A model generated the notes under the pieces. It had not been told where the DNA came from. It saw only the letters and a list, made by a program, of their open reading frames with translations, and ran no database searches. The position numbers and the translations under genes were made by a program. Below, one piece after another: positions 36,800 through 44,891 of a stretch of DNA of 64,000 nucleotides. Within the stretch, counting starts at the first letter, position 1; each line of letters starts with the position of its first letter. Origin of the DNA: a virus (lineage: Duplodnaviria; Heunggongvirae; Uroviricota; Caudoviricetes); the IMG/VR virus record IMGVR_UViG_3300012933_000388, positions 1-64,000 of that record; one strand, written 5' to 3'.

Positions 36800-37180
36800 A
36801 TGGAATTCGTAATCAAAGCCTCTGCTAAGCAACTCAAGTGTATCGCTACTGACCTCGTCGACAACCTCCTTGGGGAGTGGGATGAGGAGATCAGTCGCTT
36901 TGCTGGTGTCTATCATGCTGAGCTGGTTGAGGGAATCCTGGAAAGCTATGAATTCTCCAAGTATGTTGAAAAGAAGATAATGGCACATGGTCCAGACTTC
37001 CTCGACTATCCATTCGACTACGACAACTACATGACTGAGCTGAATGCAATTAATAAGCATATTGATGTGTTCTGTGATATTTGGTGTGAGGCTGAGCATT
37101 CAGACCGTAATGCGGTCAATCAAGAGACTCTCAATGCTGCACTGCACATTGTGCGGAAGGCTGGTTATCAGGTAATCTAA
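36800..37180 (+). CDS. hypothetical protein
   Basis: ORF 126 aa. Confidence 0.4.
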   Translation: MEFVIKASAKQLKCIATDLVDNLLGEWDEEISRFAGVYHAELVEGILESYEFSKYVEKKIMAHGPDFLDYPFDYDNYMTELNAINKHIDVFCDIWCEAEHSDRNAVNQETLNAALHIVRKAGYQVI

Positions 37181-37188
37181 AGTGCTAC

Positions 37189-37217
37189 GTTGACCAAAGT
37201 CCAAAACGGTGTATAAT
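37189..37217 (+). promoter_or_regulatory. early promoter family member
   Basis: TTGACCaaagtccaaaacggtgTATAAT. Confidence 0.5.
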
Positions 37218-37241
37218 TGGACACATCAACCGGAGAATACA

Positions 37242-37445
37242 ATGAAAATCGAATCCATGTTTTACATCGCTTTAGGTACAGTAGTCGATGAGATTGAGAA
37301 GGCAGATTCCTACAAAGGGTTTGTCGAGTTGGCGGAAACAACAGATGAAGCCAACCGCTATGCTCGACGTGCTCTGAAGTACAAGGCTAAGGCAATCGTT
37401 GGTTTTGATCGTGAAATGGACCGTCTGGTAAAGGAATACAAATGA
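37242..37445 (+). CDS. hypothetical protein
   Basis: In-frame ATG with SD GGAGAA. Confidence 0.35.
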   Translation: MKIESMFYIALGTVVDEIEKADSYKGFVELAETTDEANRYARRALKYKAKAIVGFDREMDRLVKEYK

Positions 37446-37909
37446 AACGCGGCGAAATGTTAGACAAGATGCTATTGATTGTGACGAACGCTCACCATGG
37501 TCAATTCGACAAAGGCGGAAGCCCATATATCCTCCACCCACTAAAGGTCATGCATTATCTGAAGACGGATGATGAAGAGCTGATGTGCATGGCACTAGGG
37601 CACGACGTAATTGAGGACACTAAGACGACTTATGCTGAATTGCGGGAAGCAGGGATCTCTGAGCGTGTAATCAGTGCAATCAAATGCCTGACAAAGCAGC
37701 CAGGCCAGACTCTGGAAGAATATAAGGACGTGATCTTCAGCAACACAGATGCAATGCGTGTTAAGATGGCCGACTTACGTCACAACTCAGACATCCGTCG
37801 TCTGAAGGGCGTCACAGAGAAGGACCTCGCACGTATGGCAAAGTACCATATGTTCTATCTGGAAATCAAGGCCAGATTAGAGTTGCCTATTGAACATAGG
37901 TCAGTATAA
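37442..37909 (+). CDS. HD-domain small alarmone hydrolase (RelA/SpoT-type (p)ppGpp hydrolase)
   Basis: HHGQFDKGGSPYILHPLKV, ALGHDVIEDT and ADLRHN motifs of the RelA/SpoT HD hydrolase domain. 155 aa. Confidence 0.6.
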   Translation: MKRGEMLDKMLLIVTNAHHGQFDKGGSPYILHPLKVMHYLKTDDEELMCMALGHDVIEDTKTTYAELREAGISERVISAIKCLTKQPGQTLEEYKDVIFSNTDAMRVKMADLRHNSDIRRLKGVTEKDLARMAKYHMFYLEIKARLELPIEHRSV

Positions 37910-37933
37910 TAAGCTTTTTACAAAGGACAGATA

Positions 37934-38155
37934 ATGGCACAGTCAAATAACCCCATCCCCTATACGGGCGTCTTCCACACACCAGCGAATAGCACTGAGC
38001 TGATGGAGTGGATCACACAACACACAGGCCCTGAGCGTAGCATTGCTATGACTGCAGCGTGCATGGCATTCAACCTGGCATATACGCTCGTGGAAGAGAC
38101 CTATGACACGTCTGTGTCCAAACCAGCAAACTACGCTGACGGCACAATGGCATAA
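37934..38155 (+). CDS. hypothetical protein
   Basis: ORF 73 aa. Confidence 0.35.
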   Translation: MAQSNNPIPYTGVFHTPANSTELMEWITQHTGPERSIAMTAACMAFNLAYTLVEETYDTSVSKPANYADGTMA

Positions 38156-38335
38156 GCGCTCAGAAAAAGCGCATGGGGGGGTATTTCAGTCTGAGATATC
38201 CCCCAGTGGGTGGCGTATAATAAGGTCCGGAAGAATTCCTGTTGTATACCTTTTTCCAAACCGGATTTGTATAAAACCGAATCGTAAAATTTTTTTGCGG
38301 AAAAACTGACCTAAAAAAGGTCGATAGGAGTTATT

Positions 38336-38548
38336 ATGGTAGAGCAATGTAGAGTGATGTGGTTTGCGAACGAGCCTCAGGATCGTCCTATTCGCAATGG
38401 TGGTACTATTGTTAATGGGCGGATATACACAACTGGTCGTGTTGATTTGACTGATTGTTTATTCCTGGGGGTTGTTGATGTTGAGATCTCGGATGGAATC
38501 AGTGCGATGGATGTATATGTTGGACCTACTGTGGAGCGTGTAAGATGA
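38336..38548 (+). CDS. hypothetical protein
   Basis: ORF 70 aa with SD GGAG. Confidence 0.35.
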   Translation: MVEQCRVMWFANEPQDRPIRNGGTIVNGRIYTTGRVDLTDCLFLGVVDVEISDGISAMDVYVGPTVERVR

Positions 38549-38733
38549 AAATCGAAGTTCAAGCTGGTTTAATCACTGCTGGCATTATTGTAGCCGCTGG
38601 CTCACTCGCTACACTAATTGTGTTTATCCCTGAGGTAATCGCTAGTATTGCTGTTGGTGTAATTGCGTCCGTTATCGTCTATCATCTGTACAAGTCTGTA
38701 TTGCATGATTTGCGTGCACGCGATTGGGAATAA
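38545..38733 (+). CDS. small membrane protein
   Basis: ORF 62 aa with ATGA overlap. Confidence 0.35.
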   Translation: MKIEVQAGLITAGIIVAAGSLATLIVFIPEVIASIAVGVIASVIVYHLYKSVLHDLRARDWE

Positions 38734-38793
38734 CACCTATAGCGGTGTATCCACTGCACAATTACACCAGATCTTCCCCACATATCGGTGCTA

Positions 38794-39480
38794 TTATAAT
38801 TCTCCGAATAGTGCGGCCGCCATTTCGTGTGTCTCTATGATTTCTAGCGTTGGGTGATATTCATGGATCGCCATAATCGTGTCAGCATCCCACATATTCC
38901 TAACAGCAATATATGGAACATTCATGCATGCTGCTATATGAGTCCATCCACCCTCTATTCCCACAACATATCTGGATCTAGACATAATATCGACTGACTG
39001 TTGTACTGTTAGTGGTAGACCGAGGATTGGATATAGCTGTGGATTGGACTGTGCTATTTGGTTTATCCTCCTGAGGGCGTGAGAATTAAAAAACTTCCTT
39101 ATTGAATCTGACCCATGCCCCCTATACATCTTGTGTGTAAGGTATAATGCTATTGGCCCGTCTGTATTCGGAATCCATTGTGTCTTGAATGGGTGATATT
39201 TGTGCGGGAGTGTTAGTGATGTTTCCAGCCTGATCAGATCATCTGTATTTTCTCTAATATCAATTAGCTGCTGGCGGTCATGTAGCCTAACCTCATATGT
39301 GTATTGATACTGAGGTTGTTGGAATAGCGGGATCAGCTGATCTATCGTATGATCTATAGGCCTTGCTCGGCTATAGTGGAATATTAGATGCGTCGGTTCT
39401 GTTAATGTGGATAACGCATATGATATCGTTCTGACCAAATCACCAAATCCCGTCATTCCGGATATGTGTTGTATTTTCAT
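38794..39480 (-). CDS. glycosyltransferase, GT9 (heptosyltransferase)-like fold, tentative
   Basis: C-terminal YVVGIEGGWTHIAACMNVPYIAVRN resembles the GT9 motif (liG.DsG..HlAaAlg.P.val). Lone - strand gene in the + strand block. Confidence 0.35.
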   Translation of the reverse strand: MKIQHISGMTGFGDLVRTISYALSTLTEPTHLIFHYSRARPIDHTIDQLIPLFQQPQYQYTYEVRLHDRQQLIDIRENTDDLIRLETSLTLPHKYHPFKTQWIPNTDGPIALYLTHKMYRGHGSDSIRKFFNSHALRRINQIAQSNPQLYPILGLPLTVQQSVDIMSRSRYVVGIEGGWTHIAACMNVPYIAVRNMWDADTIMAIHEYHPTLEIIETHEMAAALFGEL

Positions 39481-39536
39481 TAGTTTATTTAGAGTAGGAG
39501 CGTTGACCCAAACACTAACTCCGTGTATAGTCAGCC

Positions 39537-40004
39537 TTGTTGCTGTCAGATACTATTAGAAAGACTAAAATGAAGACATGGGATAATATGTTCGAAGGCC
39601 CTCATACGTTTGATCCTGAGACTCAATTCTATACAAGAGACCGTAGTTTGAATCGTCAGGACTATGCTATGGAAGCAAGGGTTCCTCCTGCATCTATTCG
39701 GTTTAATGTAGAAGAGAATCTACAAGGTGAGATGCGAGCTCGGATTGTTCATCACGTATACCAAGAACAAGTTGGTGTATATTACTACTCTGTACAATGG
39801 CCTGATACATGGGTAGATCACTTTAAACAAGATGTTGTCACTAAATGGGGTAGGTTAGGTGAATGGTTGTTGGACCGCTACCCTATCCAGTATAATAGCA
39901 AGACAGTACAGCTGGACGTACAGGCAATGTATCCAGACTTTGTACCTATCAATGGCTATGGCCAGGTCAATTATATTGTTCGAGAAATGACAAGGAAGAA
40001 GTGA
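39537..40004 (+). CDS. hypothetical protein
   Basis: ORF 155 aa. Start may be the internal ATG at 39570. Confidence 0.4.
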   Translation: MLLSDTIRKTKMKTWDNMFEGPHTFDPETQFYTRDRSLNRQDYAMEARVPPASIRFNVEENLQGEMRARIVHHVYQEQVGVYYYSVQWPDTWVDHFKQDVVTKWGRLGEWLLDRYPIQYNSKTVQLDVQAMYPDFVPINGYGQVNYIVREMTRKK

Positions 40005-40204
40005 TGAGTTCAGATAAGATCCGCGAAGCTTACATCAAAGCATGCCAGGCGTTCCGTAATCGCCCGGCAATGTATGCACAGGTAAAAATGGACCTTAACG
40101 CTGCTAAGGCACGTGGCGAGATCTCTGAGACCGACTATAAGATCGTCGAACAAATCCATAAGTCATTCGGCATTATCGATACCAAGAGCTCAATCAAGGT
40201 ATAA
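40001..40204 (+). CDS. hypothetical protein
   Basis: ORF 67 aa. Confidence 0.3.
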   Translation: MMSSDKIREAYIKACQAFRNRPAMYAQVKMDLNAAKARGEISETDYKIVEQIHKSFGIIDTKSSIKV

Positions 40205-40337
40205 CAATGGCTCAGAAGCTTTCTGAAATGTCATTCGCAGACTTCATCGATAACCCATGGACATACTGTATCGGCTTGGCCGTTTTCTGTGGAATCTGCT
40301 TCGTAACCGCGCTACTAATCTCAATGGTAATCTGGAA

Positions 40338-40583
40338 ATGAAAAACATCATCATTCTGTCAGACTTTGAATTTGACCAAATCGCTCCGGATCTCAGCCTA
40401 GAAGCACGTGCCTCTGCATGGGAGCTATGGCGAGACGACCTCACTACTGCGTTGTCCAGAGATCAGCTAATCATCGGTGCCAATAGCATCCTATACTACT
40501 TCGGTTCTAAAGTGCTGATCACTGATGTTGATTGGAGCGCGCCAGACAACTGTTTCCTGTGGGAAGTGGAACAAGACCAATAA
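40338..40583 (+). CDS. hypothetical acidic protein
   Basis: In-frame ATG (MKNIIILSDFE) with ATGA coupling to an upstream 44-aa membrane ORF at 40207-40341. Confidence 0.35.
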   Translation: MKNIIILSDFEFDQIAPDLSLEARASAWELWRDDLTTALSRDQLIIGANSILYYFGSKVLITDVDWSAPDNCFLWEVEQDQ

Positions 40584-40586
40584 TCT

Positions 40587-40616
40587 GTTGTTGGTCTAAC
40601 GTTTTCGTCATATAAT
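40587..40616 (+). promoter_or_regulatory. early promoter family member (TTGTTG-N18-TATAAT-AGAGTCA)
   Basis: ttgttggtctaacgttttcgtcaTATAATagagtcatc. Confidence 0.45.
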
Positions 40617-40650
40617 AGAGTCATCACTTAACAACACAGAGGTTATTATT

Positions 40651-41601
40651 ATGGCACATATGGTCGAGACGATGGCATACGCTGGTGAAACGCCATGGCA
40701 CGGTTTGGGCGTGCAGGTACCAGCAGACTTATCTCCAGCTCAGATGCTGGAAAAAGCTGGCTTGGACTGGACGGTAGAAAAAGTTCCTGCTTTCGCAGAA
40801 ATCGGCGGGAAAAAAACCTCGGTCGGCTGGAGCGCTCTTGTCCGTAGTAATGATGAGAAAGTATTGTCTGTAGTTTCTAATGATTGGAACCCGGTCCAGA
40901 ACCATGAAGCTTTTGAATTCTTCCATGAATATTGCGCTGTTGGTGATATGGAAATGAATACCGCCGGTTCTTTGCGTGATGGCCAGATCGTTTGGGGCCT
41001 TGCTAAAGTAAAACAGTCTTTTGAGCTCTTTAAGGGCGATACAGTCGAGTCATATTTGCTGTTTACTAACCCTCATAAGTTCGGTCAATCGATTGACGTC
41101 CGCTTTACACCTATTCGCGTCGTCTGTAATAACACATTGACGCTGTCACTCGAGCAAAAAGCCGACCGAGTCGTCAAGAAAAGCCACCGTACACAGTTTG
41201 ATCCTAACATGGTCAAAGAGCAACTTGGCATTGCAACGGATAAACTGGCAAAATACAAGGAAATGGCTCAATTCTTGGGTAGCAAGCGCTACAACAACGA
41301 GTCTCTGACCGACTATTTTAACAAAATCTTCCCTGTTATCGCATACAACAAGGAAAAAGGCCCCCAGCGTAAGATTTTATCTAAGTCTGCCGAGCGTGCA
41401 TTGGAAGTTATCCACACACAACCTGGTGCTAACTACGCTGAAGGTTCATGGTGGCAAGCGTTTAACGCAGTGACATACCTGACTGACCACGAAATTGGTC
41501 GCTCTACCGACACTCGTTTACAATCGGCATGGTTCGGACCCAATAAGAACCTGAAATTAAAGGCGCTGGAGACAGCAGTTGAAATGGCGGAGATGGCATA
41601 A
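40651..41601 (+). CDS. DUF932-family protein (WHGLG motif; phage/plasmid-like protein)
   Basis: N-terminus MAYAGETPWHGLGV and a length of about 316 aa match the DUF932/TIGR03299 family. Confidence 0.5.
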   Translation: MAHMVETMAYAGETPWHGLGVQVPADLSPAQMLEKAGLDWTVEKVPAFAEIGGKKTSVGWSALVRSNDEKVLSVVSNDWNPVQNHEAFEFFHEYCAVGDMEMNTAGSLRDGQIVWGLAKVKQSFELFKGDTVESYLLFTNPHKFGQSIDVRFTPIRVVCNNTLTLSLEQKADRVVKKSHRTQFDPNMVKEQLGIATDKLAKYKEMAQFLGSKRYNNESLTDYFNKIFPVIAYNKEKGPQRKILSKSAERALEVIHTQPGANYAEGSWWQAFNAVTYLTDHEIGRSTDTRLQSAWFGPNKNLKLKALETAVEMAEMA

Positions 41602-41931
41602 ATGGAATTCCACTTTACAAAAGTTAAACGTGTGCGTAAAGCACCTGCAGTAACCAAAGCTGAAAAGCTTTTGAAGATGATGCAAAACGGCGAACGAGGC
41701 TCAATGGAGTACTTTGCTCGCAAATTGAAGACTTCTAAGGATGGCGTACGCAGCTTTGTCTGCCACTTGCGCAAGCAAGGCCATAATATCTTCAATCGAG
41801 CTGTTGATGGTTCATTGCGCAAGACAGAATACTTCCTTGCAAAGAAGGGAATGCAGGAACAAGTCGTTCTCAATAAGGTACGCCACACAATGAATGTACC
41901 AAAAGGATCACATATCCTTAAAATTCGTTGA
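41602..41931 (+). CDS. basic winged-helix-like DNA-binding protein (tentative)
   Basis: 109 aa, Lys/Arg-rich, coupled (TAAATG) to the DUF932 gene. Confidence 0.3.
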   Translation: MEFHFTKVKRVRKAPAVTKAEKLLKMMQNGERGSMEYFARKLKTSKDGVRSFVCHLRKQGHNIFNRAVDGSLRKTEYFLAKKGMQEQVVLNKVRHTMNVPKGSHILKIR

Positions 41932-41957
41932 TTTTGATTGTGAATTGACTATATACT

Positions 41958-41992
41958 GGGGTCAGGGTGCAATGCCTCGACCCCTTTTCTGT
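41958..41992 (+). terminator. rho-independent terminator
   Basis: GGGGTC...GACCCC stem followed by TTTTCTGTCTTT. Confidence 0.5.
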
Positions 41993-42042
41993 CTTTAATA
42001 TTAGGATGCTAGACAGACGTCCGTAACAATTAGGAGTATGTA

Positions 42043-42882
42043 ATGATGTACAATAACAAAATGGTCGCCGTTATCAAGACTGGTGGCAGAGTTCTTCGCG
42101 AAGCGGACAGCACAGTCTACCTTCCATTCGGATGCGAGTATTCGATCCTTCTCAAAAACCTCAACACCGTTCGCGCTGAAGTCAAAATCACAATCGATGA
42201 TGTGGATGTCCTTGGTGGCAATACGATTGTCGTCAATGCTAATGACAGAGTAGAGCTTGAGCGTTTCCTCAAAGACCTTTCTAAAGGTAACCGATTCAAA
42301 TTCATCGAGCGTTCTGCTAGCGTAGAAGAGCATCGTGGCGTCGGTGCTACCGATGGCCTGATCCGCATTGAATGGCAATTCGAAAAGCCACGTCCAATTT
42401 ATACCGCTCGCCCAGATCCATTCCCACAATGGGGCGGCCAAACACCATCGCAATGGCTTACCGCTTCTGGGTATAATGTCAACGGTGTGATGCGTAGCGT
42501 CGATTTCAGCAATGGTGAGGCTACTAAGGCATATGCATCCGCTGCTGCAGATGTTACATTAGCACAGATGGGGTATGCGACAAACAGCGAAGTGCATGAT
42601 GGCATGGCAACAATGGATTGTGCATTTGCCGCACCTGCTAATGATGTTGGTATTACTGTTCCAGGATCAATGTCCGGTCAGAAGTTCACTACAGTCGCTT
42701 CGTTCCCATTGGAAGAACAAAAATACGCAATGGTGTTGCAACTGAAGGGCGAAACAGCGGATAATAAGGTAACGGCTCCTGTGACCGTAAAGGCTAAACC
42801 AAAGTGTGTAACTTGTGGTAAGGTAAATAAGGCCACAGCAAAGTTTTGTTCTAATTGTGGAACAGCATTAGAGATCGTATAA
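42043..42882 (+). CDS. hypothetical protein with C-terminal zinc-ribbon
   Basis: 279 aa. C-terminus CVTCGKVNKATAKFCSNCG. Confidence 0.4.
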   Translation: MMYNNKMVAVIKTGGRVLREADSTVYLPFGCEYSILLKNLNTVRAEVKITIDDVDVLGGNTIVVNANDRVELERFLKDLSKGNRFKFIERSASVEEHRGVGATDGLIRIEWQFEKPRPIYTARPDPFPQWGGQTPSQWLTASGYNVNGVMRSVDFSNGEATKAYASAAADVTLAQMGYATNSEVHDGMATMDCAFAAPANDVGITVPGSMSGQKFTTVASFPLEEQKYAMVLQLKGETADNKVTAPVTVKAKPKCVTCGKVNKATAKFCSNCGTALEIV

Positions 42883-43026
42883 TGAAAAGCATGAAGCAAG
42901 CAGCTAATTTTAAGATGCGTGGTAGAATTACCATGCGTTGCCATTGCCGCTGCTGCGAGGTTTTTAATCCGAAGTGGGCATATCGTATGAAAATGGCTGC
43001 CAAGGATATAAAAGAATTGTTGTAAT

Positions 43027-43080
43027 CCCTTCAAAGAGAAGGACTTCTGGACGCGGGTTCGACTCCCGCCATCTCCACCA
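43027..43080 (+). ncRNA. ssrA: tmRNA acceptor piece of a circularly permuted (two-piece) ssrA gene
   Basis: GGAC-GCGGG-TTCGACT-CCCGC-CATCTCC-ACCA (43049-43080) is near-identical to the E. coli tmRNA 3' end GGACGCGGGUUCAACUCCCGCCAGCUCCACCA. The 5' boundary is uncertain. Confidence 0.6.
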
Positions 43081-43218
43081 AAAGTAATCACCGAAGTGAC
43101 TAGGAATAAAAGCGGTCATCGAGTTAGGGCATCAGGTCAAGACTGTGTTAGTAGTGTGGACAGCCTCCCTAACCGACCACTAAGGCGAGTGGTTGAGAAT
43201 GCAACGATTACTTTTGAT

Positions 43219-43440
43219 GGGGATGCCATGGTTTCGACAGGGGTAGATATTAGAGACGGCAACACGGTAGGCGATGACCGCAAATCAAGCAAATAAAAGT
43301 AACTGCAAACGAAAGCTCTTACGCATTGGCAGCCTAAACGCTGACTAGGGTTTCGGATGGTTTCCTCGTAACAGAATAACCATCCACTAATATATCAGAC
43401 ACGTTGCCCATTAGAGGCCCTGTATGGTCTAGCAGTACCA
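43219..43440 (+). ncRNA. ssrA: tmRNA coding piece (5' tRNA-like half, pseudoknot region, tag ORF ANESSYALAA)
   Basis: GGGGATGCCATGGTTTCGACAGGGG parallels the ssrA 5' end GGGGCUGAUUCUGGAUUCGACGGG. Resume codon GCA at 43305 reads GCAAACGAAAGCTCTTACGCATTGGCAGCCTAA. No T-arm or CCA lies downstream. The 3' boundary is uncertain. Confidence 0.55.
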
Positions 43441-43755
43441 TCAAAGAAACTGCTAATATTGCTTATCATAAGTAATAGACCAAATCAAATAGATGGAGAT
43501 TCAATGTCGCTCATCCCACAAGATAAACTAGCAACAGATTTCTGGCAACACAACTGTGAAGCAAAAGAAGGTGCTGTAGTTTATAACGAAAAGGGCAAAC
43601 CTTGCCCCTACTGCTCGGCAACCGAGCCCAAGCCAACCAAATAAGGCTTGTTAACCCCAATGATTCGCTAGTGCCACTTTTGTGGTGAGTACACATGCCA
43701 GTCGACTTTTCGGCTTGGGCATAGTATAATAGCTGATCTGACTAGGAGGTGCATT

Positions 43756-44328
43756 ATGCATTCAACAGCTGTAAACGCTGTCGATAAGACGGTGGTACAA
43801 CTTATCAGGGCCGTGTGCTTTGTTATTGGTGTAACTGTCGTTATATCTGCTTTAAGACTCGCTATTGACTATCGTACTGAAAATACAGTTGCGCCAGTAG
43901 TCAATACATCCGCAAGAGAAATCGAAACCCAGCTTACGTGCCTAGCACGGAACATTTACTGGGAAGCTGCATCCGAACCTTTTGAAGGCAAGGTCGCTGT
44001 AGCACAAGTCACAATGAACCGCATGAATAGCGGTAAGTTCCCAGACACAGTCTGTGGAGTTGTCCACCAGAAGACGACTGTGTATAATAAGATCGTCTGC
44101 CAATTCTCGTGGCTATGTGAAAATAACTATCGTACACGTCCCATACACCGTAAGATGTATGAGGAAAGTGAAGAAGTTGCTAAGATGGTGATGTTAGAGG
44201 GCTTCCGTTTGAAGACATTGAACGATGCTTTGTATTATCACGCTGATTATGTCAACCCACGATGGAAGTTAGACAAAGTTACGCAGATTGGTCGTCATAT
44301 TTTCTATAAGGAAAAGAGCAATGGATAA
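43756..44328 (+). CDS. cell wall hydrolase, SleB/CwlJ-like (Hydrolase_2), with N-terminal membrane anchor
   Basis: LARNIYWEAASEPFEGKVAVAQVTMNRMNSGKFPDTVCGVVHQK ... ALYYHADYVNPRW. Confidence 0.6.
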   Translation: MHSTAVNAVDKTVVQLIRAVCFVIGVTVVISALRLAIDYRTENTVAPVVNTSAREIETQLTCLARNIYWEAASEPFEGKVAVAQVTMNRMNSGKFPDTVCGVVHQKTTVYNKIVCQFSWLCENNYRTRPIHRKMYEESEEVAKMVMLEGFRLKTLNDALYYHADYVNPRWKLDKVTQIGRHIFYKEKSNG

Positions 44329-44608
44329 GTTGGAATCTATTAAAGAGTATCTCCGTCATATCTCGACGGAGACTATCGGATGGCTAGCTGTGATTATGAT
44401 TCACTGTAGTACGATTCCTCCTATCCTCGCTCTTCTGCTCGGCGTATCAGACCACCTACCTTCTATTGATGTGGTAGCGTTTATGTGGTTCGGTTTAATC
44501 TTGCTTTTCATCAAAGCTCTGATTACCAAAGATATGTTGAATGTTATTACTATTGGCGTGGGGTTCATCATCCAAGCCATGTTACTCGGATTATTGGTAT
44601 TCAAATAA
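44321..44608 (+). CDS. small membrane protein (holin-like candidate)
   Basis: In-frame ATG overlapping the hydrolase stop. Two or three TM segments. Confidence 0.35.
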   Translation: MDKLESIKEYLRHISTETIGWLAVIMIHCSTIPPILALLLGVSDHLPSIDVVAFMWFGLILLFIKALITKDMLNVITIGVGFIIQAMLLGLLVFK

Positions 44609-44847
44609 TGGAAGAACAAATCAATCAACTCATTAACGTCCAGGACTTCTTATTAAAGATCGAATCGATCTCACGCGAGAAGCGTTTAGACGCTATGGAC
44701 GCAGTACTGTGGTATTGTGCCAACTCAGGCCTCGAAATTGAGACCGCTGCTGAGCTTATTCGTAAGAATGCAAAGATGAAAGCTCGCATCAAAAACGATG
44801 CAGAGAACAATGGATATTTTCCTAAGACCGCAAAGCTACCAATTTAA
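44608..44847 (+). CDS. hypothetical protein
   Basis: In-frame ATG (MEEQINQL). 80 aa. Confidence 0.35.
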   Translation: MEEQINQLINVQDFLLKIESISREKRLDAMDAVLWYCANSGLEIETAAELIRKNAKMKARIKNDAENNGYFPKTAKLPI

Positions 44848-44891
44848 CCTGAATTGATAATAATTTAAAATTATCACGAATTGATTATATT

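Noticed and set aside
29811-40616. Regularly recurring 35-40-bp repeats, considered as a CRISPR-like array.
   Set aside because: Repeat spacing is 300-900 bp and each interval contains an ORF with an SD. The repeats have -35/-10 promoter architecture, so this is a promoter family, not a CRISPR array.
43049-43080. tmRNA 3'-end fragment, considered as an attP/attB remnant of an integrative element.
   Set aside because: The matching 5' half and tag ORF lie just downstream, and a perfect 11-bp inverted repeat brackets the spacer. No integrase is nearby. A permuted functional gene explains the data better than an att scar.
43096-43296. 66-aa + strand ORF (GTG start) spanning the tmRNA intervening segment and 5' half.
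   Set aside because: It overlaps the well-supported tmRNA coding piece, has a GTG start and no SD. It is interpreted as a spurious ORF across an RNA gene.
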